Shown piece by piece: positions 51,037-62,940 of a stretch of 64,000 nucleotides of DNA. The position numbers and the translations under genes were made by a program. Each line of letters begins with the position of its first letter. Within the stretch, counting starts at the first letter, position 1. The DNA is from the human T2T-CHM13v2.0 reference genome, Homo sapiens, in assembly GCF_009914755.1 (NCBI RefSeq), contig NC_060939.1; one strand, given 5' to 3'. The notes beneath the pieces are model-generated. The model worked only from the letters and a program-made list of their open reading frames with translations. It did no database searches and had not been told where the DNA came from.

Positions 51037-51545
51037 TGTGAAAGGTCTGAAATTTTACCCTACTTGCAAGTTAACAAGTTAACCTGCCAGAGTGTCATGC
51101 AAACTAGCAGAAGACATGAGAATCCTGGTCAGAGACAATGGACTTTATCACTCATGTTACAGCAAGTGGCATGAAGTTCATGTTCATGTCAGTTTGCATT
51201 AGTTCCTCTTGTCCCCAGGTCCCTTGGGGCAATGCAAAGCAGTCCAGGTAGATGCTGCAAATGCAGGAGGTTTAGGTCACAGCTGAGGAACCCAAGCTTG
51301 GGAAGTCCCAATCCTTTACAACAGGGCTGGTAATAAACCTTCCCCACCCTTGCCCTGAGCAAGACGTTATCTTTATCATACTGGACAGCAAGCAAATCCA
51401 CCCTTTGACACAGAGAATGACACTATCTGTATGTTCTGAGCCTATAAAACATCTTTGCAAAGATGATCTGGAACAAAAGCCACCCATGGCTCTGCTTATA
51501 AGACAAATGAAAACGTGGGAGACTTATGGAGCATTGTCCCCCAGC
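51037..51545 (-). mobile_element. ERVL-type solo LTR (MER76-like; subfamily uncertain)
   Basis: TGTGAAAGGTCTGAAATTTTACCCTACTTGCAAG...GGACTTTATCACTCA...GAGACTTATGGAGCATTGTCCCCCA; TG...CA ends. Confidence 0.65.
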
Positions 51546-52009
51546 ATATGCTTCCAAACTTCTGAGTAAGACACAACCCCAGTGCATTGAAGCCATTATT
51601 ATTCAATGTTATATGCAGCTGAACCTGGTGCTAAGTGATACAATAATACAGATCGTTCTTTGTTCCTCATGTCAGGTAAGCATGTGTTCTCTATGTAAAG
51701 AGGCCCTTAGAGGAAAATAGTCTGCCCCAAGTTTGTCCTCAGAAATAGAATATTTGTCTTTAACAACTGCGAAATAAAAATCAACCTCATTCATTCTGTA
51801 AAGATTAATTTTTCCCCCAAGTTGAATCATTAAAGACGTAAAACTACCGAGATGGACTTCGGGGCAGCAGAAGGAGGTGAGGATATGACTGGGCCAGCAT
51901 AGTGAGCTACATTTCAGTTGGCATGGATAACCGACTCGTGGATGGAGTTTTGAGTTTATGTTGGGCTTTAAGGAAGAGTAGAAATGACTCAAGAAATCCC
52001 CATTATGAC

Positions 52010-52510
52010 TTCCGTGGCCCCACAGACAACACTGCCCACTACTTTTCGCTTTTGTGGCAACAGCACTCTCACTTCTTTTGGGAGCTGTCCCTTCCCTTCA
52101 TCCACCCACTGGTGAGGCTGCAGAGGAGACAGTGAACCAGTGCACCCATCACTGGCCACGGCACAGGGGTGGGAGATGTGACTCAAGCAGGGCCTGCAGA
52201 GCCCTTCCTAGGGACTTTTCAATTGGGAACTAAGGAAAGAGAGTCTTTTCCCCTTGTTGGCAAAACTGGAAATCTATGGCTGGGAATTATGAGCAGTCCG
52301 GTGCTCGGTCTCAGAGAGTGACACTGACATGGGTGAAAGACCCTGAGAGCCACGCTGGTGACAGCAGCTGATGGAGCCCATTGCCCCTGCTCTTTCTGTA
52401 GGTGAATCCCACAGCTCAGTCAATCTCCCCTTTTGCCTGATTGGTTTGAAGTGGATGCCAGAATTGTAACTGAGAATCCAAACTACTATCTCCAAATTGA
52501 GTCTGGTAAC
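52010..52510 (+). mobile_element. Old ERVL LTR (LTR16-type)
   Basis: GATGTGACTCAAGCAGGGCC...CCTTCCTAGGGACTTTT...GGAAAGAGAGTCT...TTGCCTGATTGGTTTGAAGTGG. Confidence 0.5.
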
Positions 52511-53783
52511 CTTAGACAGAGGCTGGCCTCTTATGTGCCCATTCTGTGTCAGCATTTGGGGGAAGGTAAAAAACAAACAAACAATGAAACAAAACAATCA
52601 GCCTGGCTTATCTGAATACGCACAACACCGCAGAGACGGCGCCAGTGGAGGCATGCCTCAGACCACGCCATTAACAGAGGCCCCAAAAGTTCTCAGCCCC
52701 GTCTCCATCCCACAGCACAGAACTGCTCCAGTGGAGTGAACCAGTCAGGGTGGCCTCGACTGACCTCTGCTACCTGCTGGTGTGTACACAGTCTCGACTC
52801 GAGCCCCCTCAAAGCCCGCGTGAGAAAGCAGGTGCTGCCTGCCTGCTCCATATTATTAGAATTCATTTCCATATGTTCCTTTCATCTTCTCTCCAGGATA
52901 ATTGTTCTTCTGGGGCTCAGGGCGTGGGAGGGCAGGAGGTGCACACTCCTGTTTATCAACTCACTAAATGCCTGCTTTAAATTAAAACCCACACCACATG
53001 CTGGCTCACACAGGAATAATATTAAGACCAACTGTTTTCCTGCCTCCTGCTATCAATGCCAAACTGATTTAAACCCGCGTTTCCTTTCCATCTAGGGACA
53101 TCCATTCTGGAAGTATCTAGCAATAACCTAGTTCCTACAGCTCCCAATCCTTTTTTTTTTTTTCTTTTCTCTTCTCTTTTTTTTTTTTTTTCTCTTTTGA
53201 AAGACCCTCCTGCACTTAAGAGGACACACAGCCTGAAAGATCCTTTTATACCCTTTACTGTCAGCCAAACCCTAGTCCAAACAGTGTGTCTGTTTAATCA
53301 GTCAACAAGCCATTATTGTACCTTCTCAGTGCCAGGCCCGGTGCTAAGTCCTTCATATACATAGTCTCATCTAATCTGATCTAATCCTCCCAATAAACCT
53401 GAGAGAGGTATTATCATCCCTTTCCAGAGGAGAAGCAGAGGTCTGGAGAGGAAGAGCGACCTGCTCAAGGTTAGGTGGCTGCGGGCGGTGGAGCTGGCAG
53501 TCCTGCCCATGCTATCTCACTTCGGAGCCCCGCCCTCTGCCCAGCGGCTGGCCACCAATCTGCTCTCCATTATCCCAGCTGCTCCTCTCACCCCACCTGT
53601 GGCCAATAGGCCGGGATCATTGCCTGTTCTGTACGCACACGGGATCCAGACTGCACTGGCAGTTACTCACCTAGAGTGATTTCATCAACAGGAAGGATTC
53701 TGCTGCTGAGGCAAAATCCACTTCAACGGCCTTCCTTTGACTGAGGTGAGCCCACTAATCCTCTGGGTTAAAACATATGATCC

Positions 53784-54176
53784 TGTTCTATGGTGAGTAG
53801 TTCTATGCAAACCTAGCCCCAAAGCCTAAGGAAGCTGAGAGGCCAAAGAAAGAGGCCAAGAAACCCAGGTTCTCAGAAAGAAACATTTAATAGGGACTCA
53901 CGAACAACCCATGTCTTGGGTGGCTGCAAGGCGCAATGGTGGACGCCTGCACTGCTACCCCCAGACCCAGGGCTCGTATGCCATAGGGAATTTGCCTAAG
54001 GGCAGGATTTATAGTAAGTATGTGTTTATGGTAACATCAAGGTTGTTTTGATCTAAGGGCAGGATTTACAGCAACTACATGAAAGTAGAGATCTTAGAGG
54101 CTTTCCTGGAGCTGGGGTTAATCAGAAGTCAGCATGGCACATTAGCATCCAAGATGGAGTCACTTCAGCCTCCACA
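53784..54176 (-). mobile_element. Solo LTR (LTR47-like, ERVL class) with 5-bp TSD
   Basis: TG...CA termini; minus strand starts TGTGGAGGCTGAAGTGACTCCATCTTGGATGCTAAT; TSD GATCC (53779-53783) / GGTCC (54177-54181); ATTAAA poly(A) signal on the minus strand. Confidence 0.8.
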
Positions 54177-54204
54177 GGTCCTCAGACATCCCCTTTAAAA
54201 TGCA

Positions 54205-54612
54205 CCTGCTGTCAGTGTAGTCAGTGCAAAACAAACAGCCCCAACATTTAGTAGCTTCAAACAACCACCATTCTATTTCCTCATTCTTCTGTGGGCCAGT
54301 AGTTTGGGCTGGGCTCTTCTGGGCGGGTCTTCTGCTGGTCTTGTCTGGAGTCACTCATGCAGCTACACTCATCTGGCAGCTCGCCCATGGCTGCTCCTCA
54401 TTGCTGCCAGGGGCTCCAAGGGAACAACAGTGGAAGCTGCAGGACCTCTTGAGGTCTGGGCTCAGAAGCTCCATGACATAACTTCCTCTGCATTCAATTG
54501 GTCAGTGCAAGTCGCAAGAGGCAGAGAAATCCACTTCACCTCTTACTGGGATAAAGGGTGTACATACCGGTATTGGGGGGAATTTGTGCCCATTTTTTTG
54601 CAAGCTGCCACA
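54205..54612 (-). mobile_element. MLT1 (H-like) MaLR LTR
   Basis: AACAAACAGCCCCAACATTTAGTAGCTTCAAACAACC...GGCTGGGCTC...GGAGTCACTCATGCAGCT...CCATTTTTTTGCAAGCTGCCACA. Confidence 0.75.
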
Positions 54613-54647
54613 CTTGGGAAGGTTGGTGAATTAAGGTGTCTCTAAAG

Positions 54648-54864
54648 CAGGTCTTCTCAGTCTTGGCACTGCCGACATGTTGGGACGGATGATTCAGGGG
54701 ATTCCTGCTTTGGGGGACTGTCCTGTGTAATGCAGGTTTAGCAGCACCTCTGGCCTCTACTAGCTGTCAGTAGCACTGCCCCAGTGGGGACACACAAAAA
54801 TGTCTCCAGACATCAGCTAATGCCTCCATGGAATGGGAGTATTGTCTCTGTTTGCTGACCATTG
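54648..54864. mobile_element. Full-length MER20 hAT-Charlie MITE with perfect 8-bp TSD
   Basis: CAG...TTGGCACTGCCGACATGTTGGG...TTTAGCAGCACCTCTGGCCTCTAC...AAAAATGTCTCCAGACAT; TSD CTCTAAAG at 54640-54647 and 54865-54872. Confidence 0.92.
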
Positions 54865-55419
54865 CTCTAAAGCAAGGGCCCCAGAGAAGTTGCTTCCCGA
54901 GCCTCTTGCAGTGGCTCCCCTTGGGCCCCATGATGGGCTCTCCTCAGTGCGGGCCAGCCGGAGGAGAGGGGGCTTTGAGAGTGAGAGGCAGGAGGTACAG
55001 TTTAGAAACACAGCCCCTGTGTTTTGCCAGCCCTACCTCAGCACAGCACTCACGGCCAGGCCAGGGCCAGGGGAGCGTGTCTTGGTCCCACCAGCCCACG
55101 GGGCAAAGGGCCCTGCTGAGGCAGGTCCAACTCTGGACTCTGCTCTCATCACCCCCAACTTCCTGCCACTCCCCAGCCCCACTGTGTGCTCCCCAAACTT
55201 CATTCAGCCACCTTTCCACGGGGCTGCCTCGCCAGCTCACACAGCAAGGCCAGGAGTGAGTCCAGCTCTGACAGCCTGGGCCTCACACTTGCCAGCTCCT
55301 GCCAGCGCTCTCCATAGGCAGTCGAGGACTCCTGAGTGGACTGACTGCTGGAACCACAGGCCTGCGGCCCACCTGGCCATGGGCAGCACCACCACCTGAG
55401 AAAACCTCGGCCTGTCTGC

Positions 55420-56570
55420 CGGCAAACACAGCTGGATCCACTTTCCATCCATATCCAGAATCTGACCACCTCCCACTACTCCCAGCCTGGCACCAGCCAC
55501 CAGCACCTCTCACCTACATGCTCCCAGGAGCCTCCCACCTCGCCTCCATATTCTACACTTGACCCTACAGCCTAGGCTCCACCCAGTGGCTACCGGATTC
55601 TGCTAAAGCTTCAGTGTGATTGTGCTACATCTCTGCAACTCTGAAAATGGTTGCCATTTTCTCAGAGGTAAAGCCCAAATCTCTACTGTATACAACCAAC
55701 GAGGCCCTGTCTGACGGGGCCTGTTGCTGCTCACCCCACCTCCTATGGCTCCCGCCTCCCTCACCCTGACCAGCCACACTGCTCCTCGCTCCTCCTCCAA
55801 CACGCCAGACACCCACCCACCTCAGGGCCTTGGCCTTTGCCCCTTTGTCTAGAATGTTCTTCCTCCACACGTTCACTTGCTCCCCTCTTCACTTTCTCCA
55901 GGTCTCTCCTCAAAGTCGTCATTTCAAAGAGGCTCCGTCTTAGCTCAGGCTGCTGTAATGACACACCACAGACTGGGTGGCTTAAACCACAGACGTGTAT
56001 TTTCCCTAGTTCTGGAAGCTGAGAAGGCCAAGGTCAAGGCACCTGGCTTGCAGATGGCCACCTTCTTGCCGTGTCCTCACATGGTGAAGAGAGAGAGAGC
56101 TCTGGTCTCTCTTGCTCTCCTTACAGGGACACTAATCCCATCGTGGTGGGGAGGGGCACACACGTGGCCTCATCTAAATCTAATTAGCTTCGTCCCAAAG
56201 TTCCCACCTCCAGACACGATCACACTGGGGGTTAGGGCTTCAACATGTGGCTTTTAGGTGACGCACACATCCATCCTCATTTCACCCGCCCTGGCAACTC
56301 TTTTGAAAATGTCAACCCCGGACACTCATATTTCTCTTCTCTGCTTTATTCTCTCCACAGCACTCATCCACCCTAGCATATAATCCATTCTACTTTCTCT
56401 TATTTATGGTCTGTCTCCTGCACTAGAATGGAACTCCATATGGAGAGGTATTTCCTTTCTTCCATCTACTGCTCTGTCCCAGTACCTAGAACAGTGCCAG
56501 GTATATGGAAGGGGATCAATAAAAATGTGTTGAATAAACAAATGATTGATTGAATGAATAAATTAATCCT
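55420..56570 (+). mobile_element. L2a 3' region split by an MLT1A-type LTR
   Basis: ATATCCAGAATCTGACCAC...CCACCTCAGGGCCTTGGC...CCCAGTACCTAGAACAGTGCC...CAATAAAAATGTGTTGAATAAA. Confidence 0.85.
55936..56275 (-). mobile_element. MLT1A/A0-like MaLR LTR
   Basis: GTCTTAGCTCAGGCTGCTGTAA...CCACAGACTGGGTGGCTTAAAC...GGCTTGCAGATGGCCACCTTC...GGGGTTAGGGCTTCAACAT. Confidence 0.85.
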
Positions 56571-57343
56571 ATGCAGGACAGGGACACCTGTAGAAGGTGG
56601 AACTAGCTTGAGTTCTTCAAGCCCCACTCTGCATGGTGTTCAGGTGGCTTAGAGGATCCCCTTCCAGCCTGAAGTATTTTGCCCCAGCCCCAGCCAGGCC
56701 TCCCAGAATCAGCTTCCCCCTCTCATTTCCCCTCCTCTTCCATCCTCCCCTCTCCCTCCTGCTGAGAGCCCTGATGCCTGTTCAGCTCTGCCTGCCCTGA
56801 GACAGCAGGCCTCAGTGGGGCTCCATCTGGGTGCTCTGAGCCACCCAGTACTGGGAAGAGAGAAGAAGCAAGAAGAGCCAGGCTAGGGGGTGGGGGCAAT
56901 GCTGCAGATCAAAGGCTGGGAACAGAGGACTCATCACCACAAGGCCAAGGCAAGGGCTGGACCCACTGTAGCATCTCCAGACTTATTTTCACAGGTGCAA
57001 ACATGCCCATAACACACCCCACCAAGCATCGGCTCTTGCCTCCCTCTCCGGGGGCTCCCACTCCTTTAGTAGCATGAGAAGTGCTCAGGGTGCCAGTCGC
57101 CCAGGCCCAGGCAAGACAACAGGAGCCTCACAGTCTCAGCCCTTCCTGGGTGTAAGTCTCCCCCATTTGATGGGCAGAGCAACTGACACTTAGAGGGACT
57201 CTGGCTTCTGGACCATGTGCTCATCTGCCCTATCTGAACATTGCCACACAAGCATTGATTTACTTTTGAAATCAGAAGGAAAACTAGTTAAATATTACAG
57301 ATCCAATAAATGATTCTTGGATAAAAGAATAACCCAGTTTTTT

Positions 57344-57637
57344 GGCTGGGCACAGTGGCTCAAACCTGTAATCCCAGCACTTTGGGAGGCTGAGGTGGGC
57401 AGATCGTTTGAGGTCAGGAGTTTGGGACAAGCCTGGACAACATAGCAAAACCCTATCTCTAGAAAAAACACAAAAAATTAGCCAGGCATGGCAGCAGATG
57501 TCTGTAGTCCAAGCTATTCAGGAGACTGAGGTGGGAGGATGGCTTGAGCTCAGGAGGCAGAGGTTGCACTGAACAGAGATCACACCACTGCACTCCAGCC
57601 TGGGTGACAGAGTGAGACCCTGTCTCAAGAAAGAAAA
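57344..57637 (+). mobile_element. AluJ (Jb-like), followed by a GA-rich tract (57660-57810)
   Basis: J-type GGGAGGATGGCTTGAGC; 19-bp TSD AAAAGAATAACCCAGTTTT at 57323-57341 and 57638-57656. Confidence 0.95.
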
Positions 57638-58549
57638 AAAAGAATAACCCAGTTTTATAAGCAGAAGAAAGAGAGACAGACAGACAGGAAGAGAGCAAGA
57701 GATAGAGGAAAGAAGGAAGGGAGGGAAGAAAGAGAGAGAGGGAGGGAGGAAGAGGAAGGGAGGAAGGCAAGAAGGGAGTGAGGAAAGAAGGGAGGGAGAA
57801 AGAGGGAAGATGGGCTTTCATTTTCCCACAAGAGAATGGATACTTCCCACCCTTAACACTGATCACATATGAACACTGAAAATGATTACTTCTTCTGGTA
57901 CTGCTGTGTTCATACAAATTAATTCAACAGAACAAAAATGTATGAAGGTGATCATGTTCACCAACCTCCCCCACCCCCACCCAATCTCCCAGGGAAAATT
58001 TCTTCATCTCCATTCAGTTATCCCTTTTTCCCGCTGGGAGAGGGAGAGAACTAATCTGTACATAATATAAGGCTGAGAGAGAGGGAAGAGGAAGAAGAGG
58101 AAAGAAGGCCACCTGGCTTGGGGGAAGAGGGAGGTTTAGGGGATTTGAGGGAAGGGGGTTAATACTTGTAGCTGTGGACTGTGTATTTGAATCCCTTTTA
58201 ACATCCTTTGAAAAATTTTAAGTAAAACATACGTTTTTAAAAAAATTACTTGGGATTGTGTAACTCTGCCTCTTACGTGTCACACTCACTGAGGCTCATA
58301 ACAGCTACCTAGGTATTTAAACAGCGCCTTCCTATTGACCAAAGGCTTTGCATAATCACTTCACAGCCACAGCAAACAGTGAAGCAGAGGGTATCTTTAC
58401 TCCCATTTTTCAGGTCAGGAAACTGAGCTTCAGAGCAGGACAACTAGAATCAGACGGTTAAACAAGAATAAGAGGTAAACCTGGGCTATGATGCAAAGTC
58501 CCACTGCCTCCCATGTCCCACACTGCCTCCCTGTAACCTGTGCCCTTAG

Positions 58550-58735
58550 AGAAGTGGCTCTTGGTGGTAGGCACATCAGAGCCACCCGGGGAGTCTGCAG
58601 AAATGCATATTTCCTGCTTCTTCCCCCTGGAGATCCCAATTCAGCATGTCTGAGGGAGGGCCTGGGAAACTGAATTTTTATCGATTAAAAATCTAATGTT
58701 GATTGGCCCATGGATCAAACTTCAAGAACCACTGG
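58550..58735. mobile_element. MER5-type hAT MITE (preceded by a MIR at ~58300-58520)
   Basis: CACATCAGAGCCACCCGGGGAG...AGAAATGCATATTTCCTG...AATTCAGCATGTCTGAGG.GGGCCTGGGAA.CTGAATTTT...TTCAAGAACCACTG. Confidence 0.75.
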
Positions 58736-59514
58736 GATAAGGTGTGAGGATAATATGTCCTCTATAATGGGCCAGGTCACTCCTCTGATGGTGAGAGGTG
58801 AATTCACACAGAAAGGGTCAGTGTGGAGCCCTCTGGGGGCAGGCAGGGCTGGTGGTCTGCATGGAGAGTGTGGGTCATTCACTGTGCCCAGACCACTGCC
58901 TGTCCAGGGAGCTCAGGGCAAAGGGCAGGCCCCAGGACACCATTTGAACAGGGGATAGGGGCTTGTGGTGTGAGGAGAGATTGAGACCATCAAGATGTCA
59001 CACAGATGCGTCAGGAGCACAGGGATACAGGCCTGGGGACTGGGAAGGGGAGGGAGCAGAGCCAAGTTTCAGCGGACATGGTGGTCATGCCTTTGGGCCT
59101 GAGGTTGTTGTTTTTAGAGGGCCCACGCGTGGACCCACCAACCACTTCTACTCTCAGTTCCCTCTTGGTTCTTGCAAGAGTTTAGTAAAGTTCCTTTTGA
59201 CAATTCGTTTTATCAATTTCCCTGGGAGGCACCATCACAAGGGCATTTAATTGAATTAAATAATCAGTGGCTATGTGGGAAAGTGTCAATTTGCTCACCC
59301 ACTACATATTCCCACCTCTTCCTCTGAGCAGCTCTTCCTGGAGAGCTACAACCTGCGCACAGACTCCCTTGCAGCTAGGGTTCCACATTGATTTGGGTTC
59401 TGCCAATAGATGGACTCACATGAAACTGAAATTCAGAACTGAGCCAAAAGGGAAGAGAGGCAGCATGAAGCTTCCACCTTGTTGCAGAGGAATAAGATTC
59501 TAGAACATGCAGCT

Positions 59515-60159
<645 letters not shown>

Positions 60160-61749
60160 TCAGTGGCTTGCCTCTTAAGAGTCACTCCCAGAAGCTCAGA
60201 CTAATGCTCTTTTCTCCAGACTTCCCTGTAATTCTGAAAGCCATTGAATACTCTGTGATGAACCCCTTTCTGCATACATAACCAAAGTGGATTCAGTTCT
60301 TAGCAGCTGCATCCTTCCTGACTCAGTCATTTAATGACAGTGTCTCCATGAGGGCAGAGGCCACAGCTCTCTTGTCCACCATTGCACCCCCAGTCACTAT
60401 CTGGAGCCTGGCACATAGTAAATGTCCAAGAAACATTTGAGACATATTGCCTAGGCGAATGAATTCCCAGACTACTTTAGTGCTGCAGAGAGAAATCTGG
60501 AGAAAAAGGCTGCTTCTACTCTGGGTCAGGAGACAACCCTCTGGGCTGGAGGGGGCAGCTTGGCAGCCAGCCCTTCCCACCTGCTATTTTATGTTTTGGG
60601 CTTTTTTTTTTTTCCTCCTACACACCCAGTAGTAGTGAGCTCGGGGTTGTGGAAAAGGAGAGCAACCAGCTGCCCCTCTGTGCCTGGCCCCTGCTCCTCT
60701 GGCCATCCATGAGTGATGGTTTGAAGTATGTTTGATTTCACCTCACCTAAGTTTCCCTTCACACAGTGAGTCCTTTGGGACCCCCATCACCTCACAACAA
60801 AACAAACCCAACCAGGGTGCAAATTAGTTCTACTGATTTGCAATTAGAAGAATCAATTAAGAAAAATATTACAACAGTTTCTAATCCCTGCCGTACAAAT
60901 CACTCCACCTGAAAGCTCCGGAGTGGTCAGGTCCCTGGGCTTCAGAACTGCCCCGTCTCCCCCTATAGCCATTGTACTCAGAGAACACCGAGGATAGGAG
61001 AAAGGAGCTGGGGCCTGAGAGGGTGCAAGCTCCCTTCTGGGCCAGCCTCCAGGCCCACCTCCTCTGGTCCCATGAAGAATGATAACACAGTATCAGCCCA
61101 ACTCACCATTCTCACTCCCACCCGCTAAGGCATGACCCCAGCCCTCAAAGAGGTCCCCAAGTGTTTCTGAGCATCTCCAGAAGGAATCTCACAGGTACTC
61201 ATGAACAAGCCCTGTTGGGACCCACAGCAAACCCCTGGTCCAGGTTTTGGTAAGGACTCTTCTTTCTCCCTGCCCTGGCCCTGGGCCCTGGAGCAGCTCT
61301 GTTGGGCTGTTTGTGTGTGGAGGGAAATGAGGGCTCCACTTCCAGAGGGCTCTGAAGCAGAACTGCTAGGCACCAGGGTTGATCTGGATTTACTTATCGT
61401 GGGCCTTGCCGTTTACCCCAATGGGGCCAGCCATGAGTCCCTGGGAATGGGGCTAAGAGGGAAACCAAGTGACAGGTTCTAGAACATTTGGAATGCCCAT
61501 TTCCTTACAAAAGCTAACACTTGGGTATTTACTGGGTGAGGACCCTTGCACAAGATTCTCCCAGGAGGTACTTCTGCCCGCCCTGCACATGCATTTCATG
61601 TCTGCTTCGCCTGCTCATCATTGCCACATCCTGACCCTCATGGTTGACACAATTTAGGTTCTAATTACAGCCCTTAAAAGAATAACACCAGCACTTACAT
61701 TTGCTCAGAACTTTACCATTTAAAGAAGACTCCTACCTGCGTAGGTTCT

Positions 61750-62310
61750 ACAGAGATACTGTTGGCCGCATATAACAGAAAACCTGACTCAGATTGGCTG
61801 AACAGTCATGCAAATGTATTCTCCTCCTTCAGAAGAGGTTGGGGATGAGGTGAGCAGCTCCAGCTGTGGTTAATTCAGCATCTCCACAATGCCATCGAGG
61901 ACCCAGGCACTCTCGGTTCTTTCTCCCTGCCATCCCCTGCACGTTGGCATTGGTCCTCAGGTACATCCCTTCGTGCTTGTGAGAAGCTTGTGAGACACCA
62001 CCGCAGCTCCCAGCATCACACTGTCACATAGCAGTGTCCAGAAGCAGGAAGCAAGATGTCCCTTCTTGATGTAACTTTTTAGAAGCAAGAGGCACTTTTC
62101 CAGAAGCCCCAGTAGGCTCTCTGCCTTCTGGCCAGAATGGCATCCTGTAGCCTCTCCTGACCCACCACTGGCTGGCTTGGACTGAGCACCTTTTACTCTC
62201 TAGGCTGGAGAGGAGTCCTGCACTGTCCTGCAGGACCTGGCAACCCAGCCTGGGTTCTGCTAGCAAGAAGGGAGCAGAGGGGATGGCTACTTGGATTGGC
62301 AATGTCTGCC
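61750..62310 (-). mobile_element. Old MaLR LTR (MLT1K/L-like)
   Basis: GCATATAACAGAAAACCTGACTCAGATTGGCTGAAC...ATGCCATCGAGGACCCAGGC...TTTCCAGAAGCCCC...TGGCCAGAATGG...GGGTTCTGCTAGCAAGAAG. Confidence 0.7.
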
Positions 62311-62670
62311 TCTGGCCTCAAAAGTGCCTCCGGGAGGTAGGGCACAGGCTTGTACTAATTTCCGGTGGGAAGCTGCCAAGAGGGTGGGTGTCTAGCCCAA
62401 GGTCACACAGCTACAGCAGAGCAGGGTCAGCTCTTGACCTCTGACTGGATCTCCTGCTCTATCCTAATATGTCCTTCTGGTAATATGTCCTAGGGCACAC
62501 AGCCAGGGCAAGGAAGCAAGGCCCCAGCCCTGCCACCAGGGGTAGGGCCCCCAAAGCAGGGTGGGGAATGACCATGCTCCTCCCAGACACCCCTGACAGG
62601 TGGAGAAATCCTTTCTAAGAAACACAGACATTACTTTGTTAATAAAATTCTGCCAATCAGCCATAGGTGC

Positions 62671-62940
62671 ATGCCACACCCTCCTTGCATTTATTCCCCG
62701 CCCTCCTTGCATTTATGCCCCACCCTCCTTGCATTTATGCCCCACCCTCCTTGCATTTATGCCCCACCCTCCCTGCATCCATGCCCCACCCTCCCTGCAT
62801 CCATGCCCCACCCTCCCAGCATCCATGCCCCACCTCCCTGCGTCCATGCCCCACCTCCCTGCGTCCATGCCCCACCTCCCTGCGTCCATGCCCCACCTCC
62901 CTGCATCCATGCCCCACCTCCCTGCATCCATGCCCCACCT
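62671..62940. repeat. C-rich minisatellite, 21-22-bp unit ATGCCCCAC(C)CTCC(C/T)TGC(A/G)T(CC/TT), about 12.5 copies
   Basis: Seven 22-bp units (62671-62824), five 21-bp units (62825-62929) and a partial unit. Confidence 0.97.

Noticed and set aside
54828-55513. Cluster of overlapping ORFs up to 188 aa
   Set aside because: GC-rich sequence with few stop codons in several frames, starting inside MER20 and ending near L2; no recognisable domain.
62759-62929. PRDM9 hotspot motif in the VNTR
   Set aside because: CCTCCCT recurs, but the full CCNCCNTNNCCNC 13-mer is not matched.
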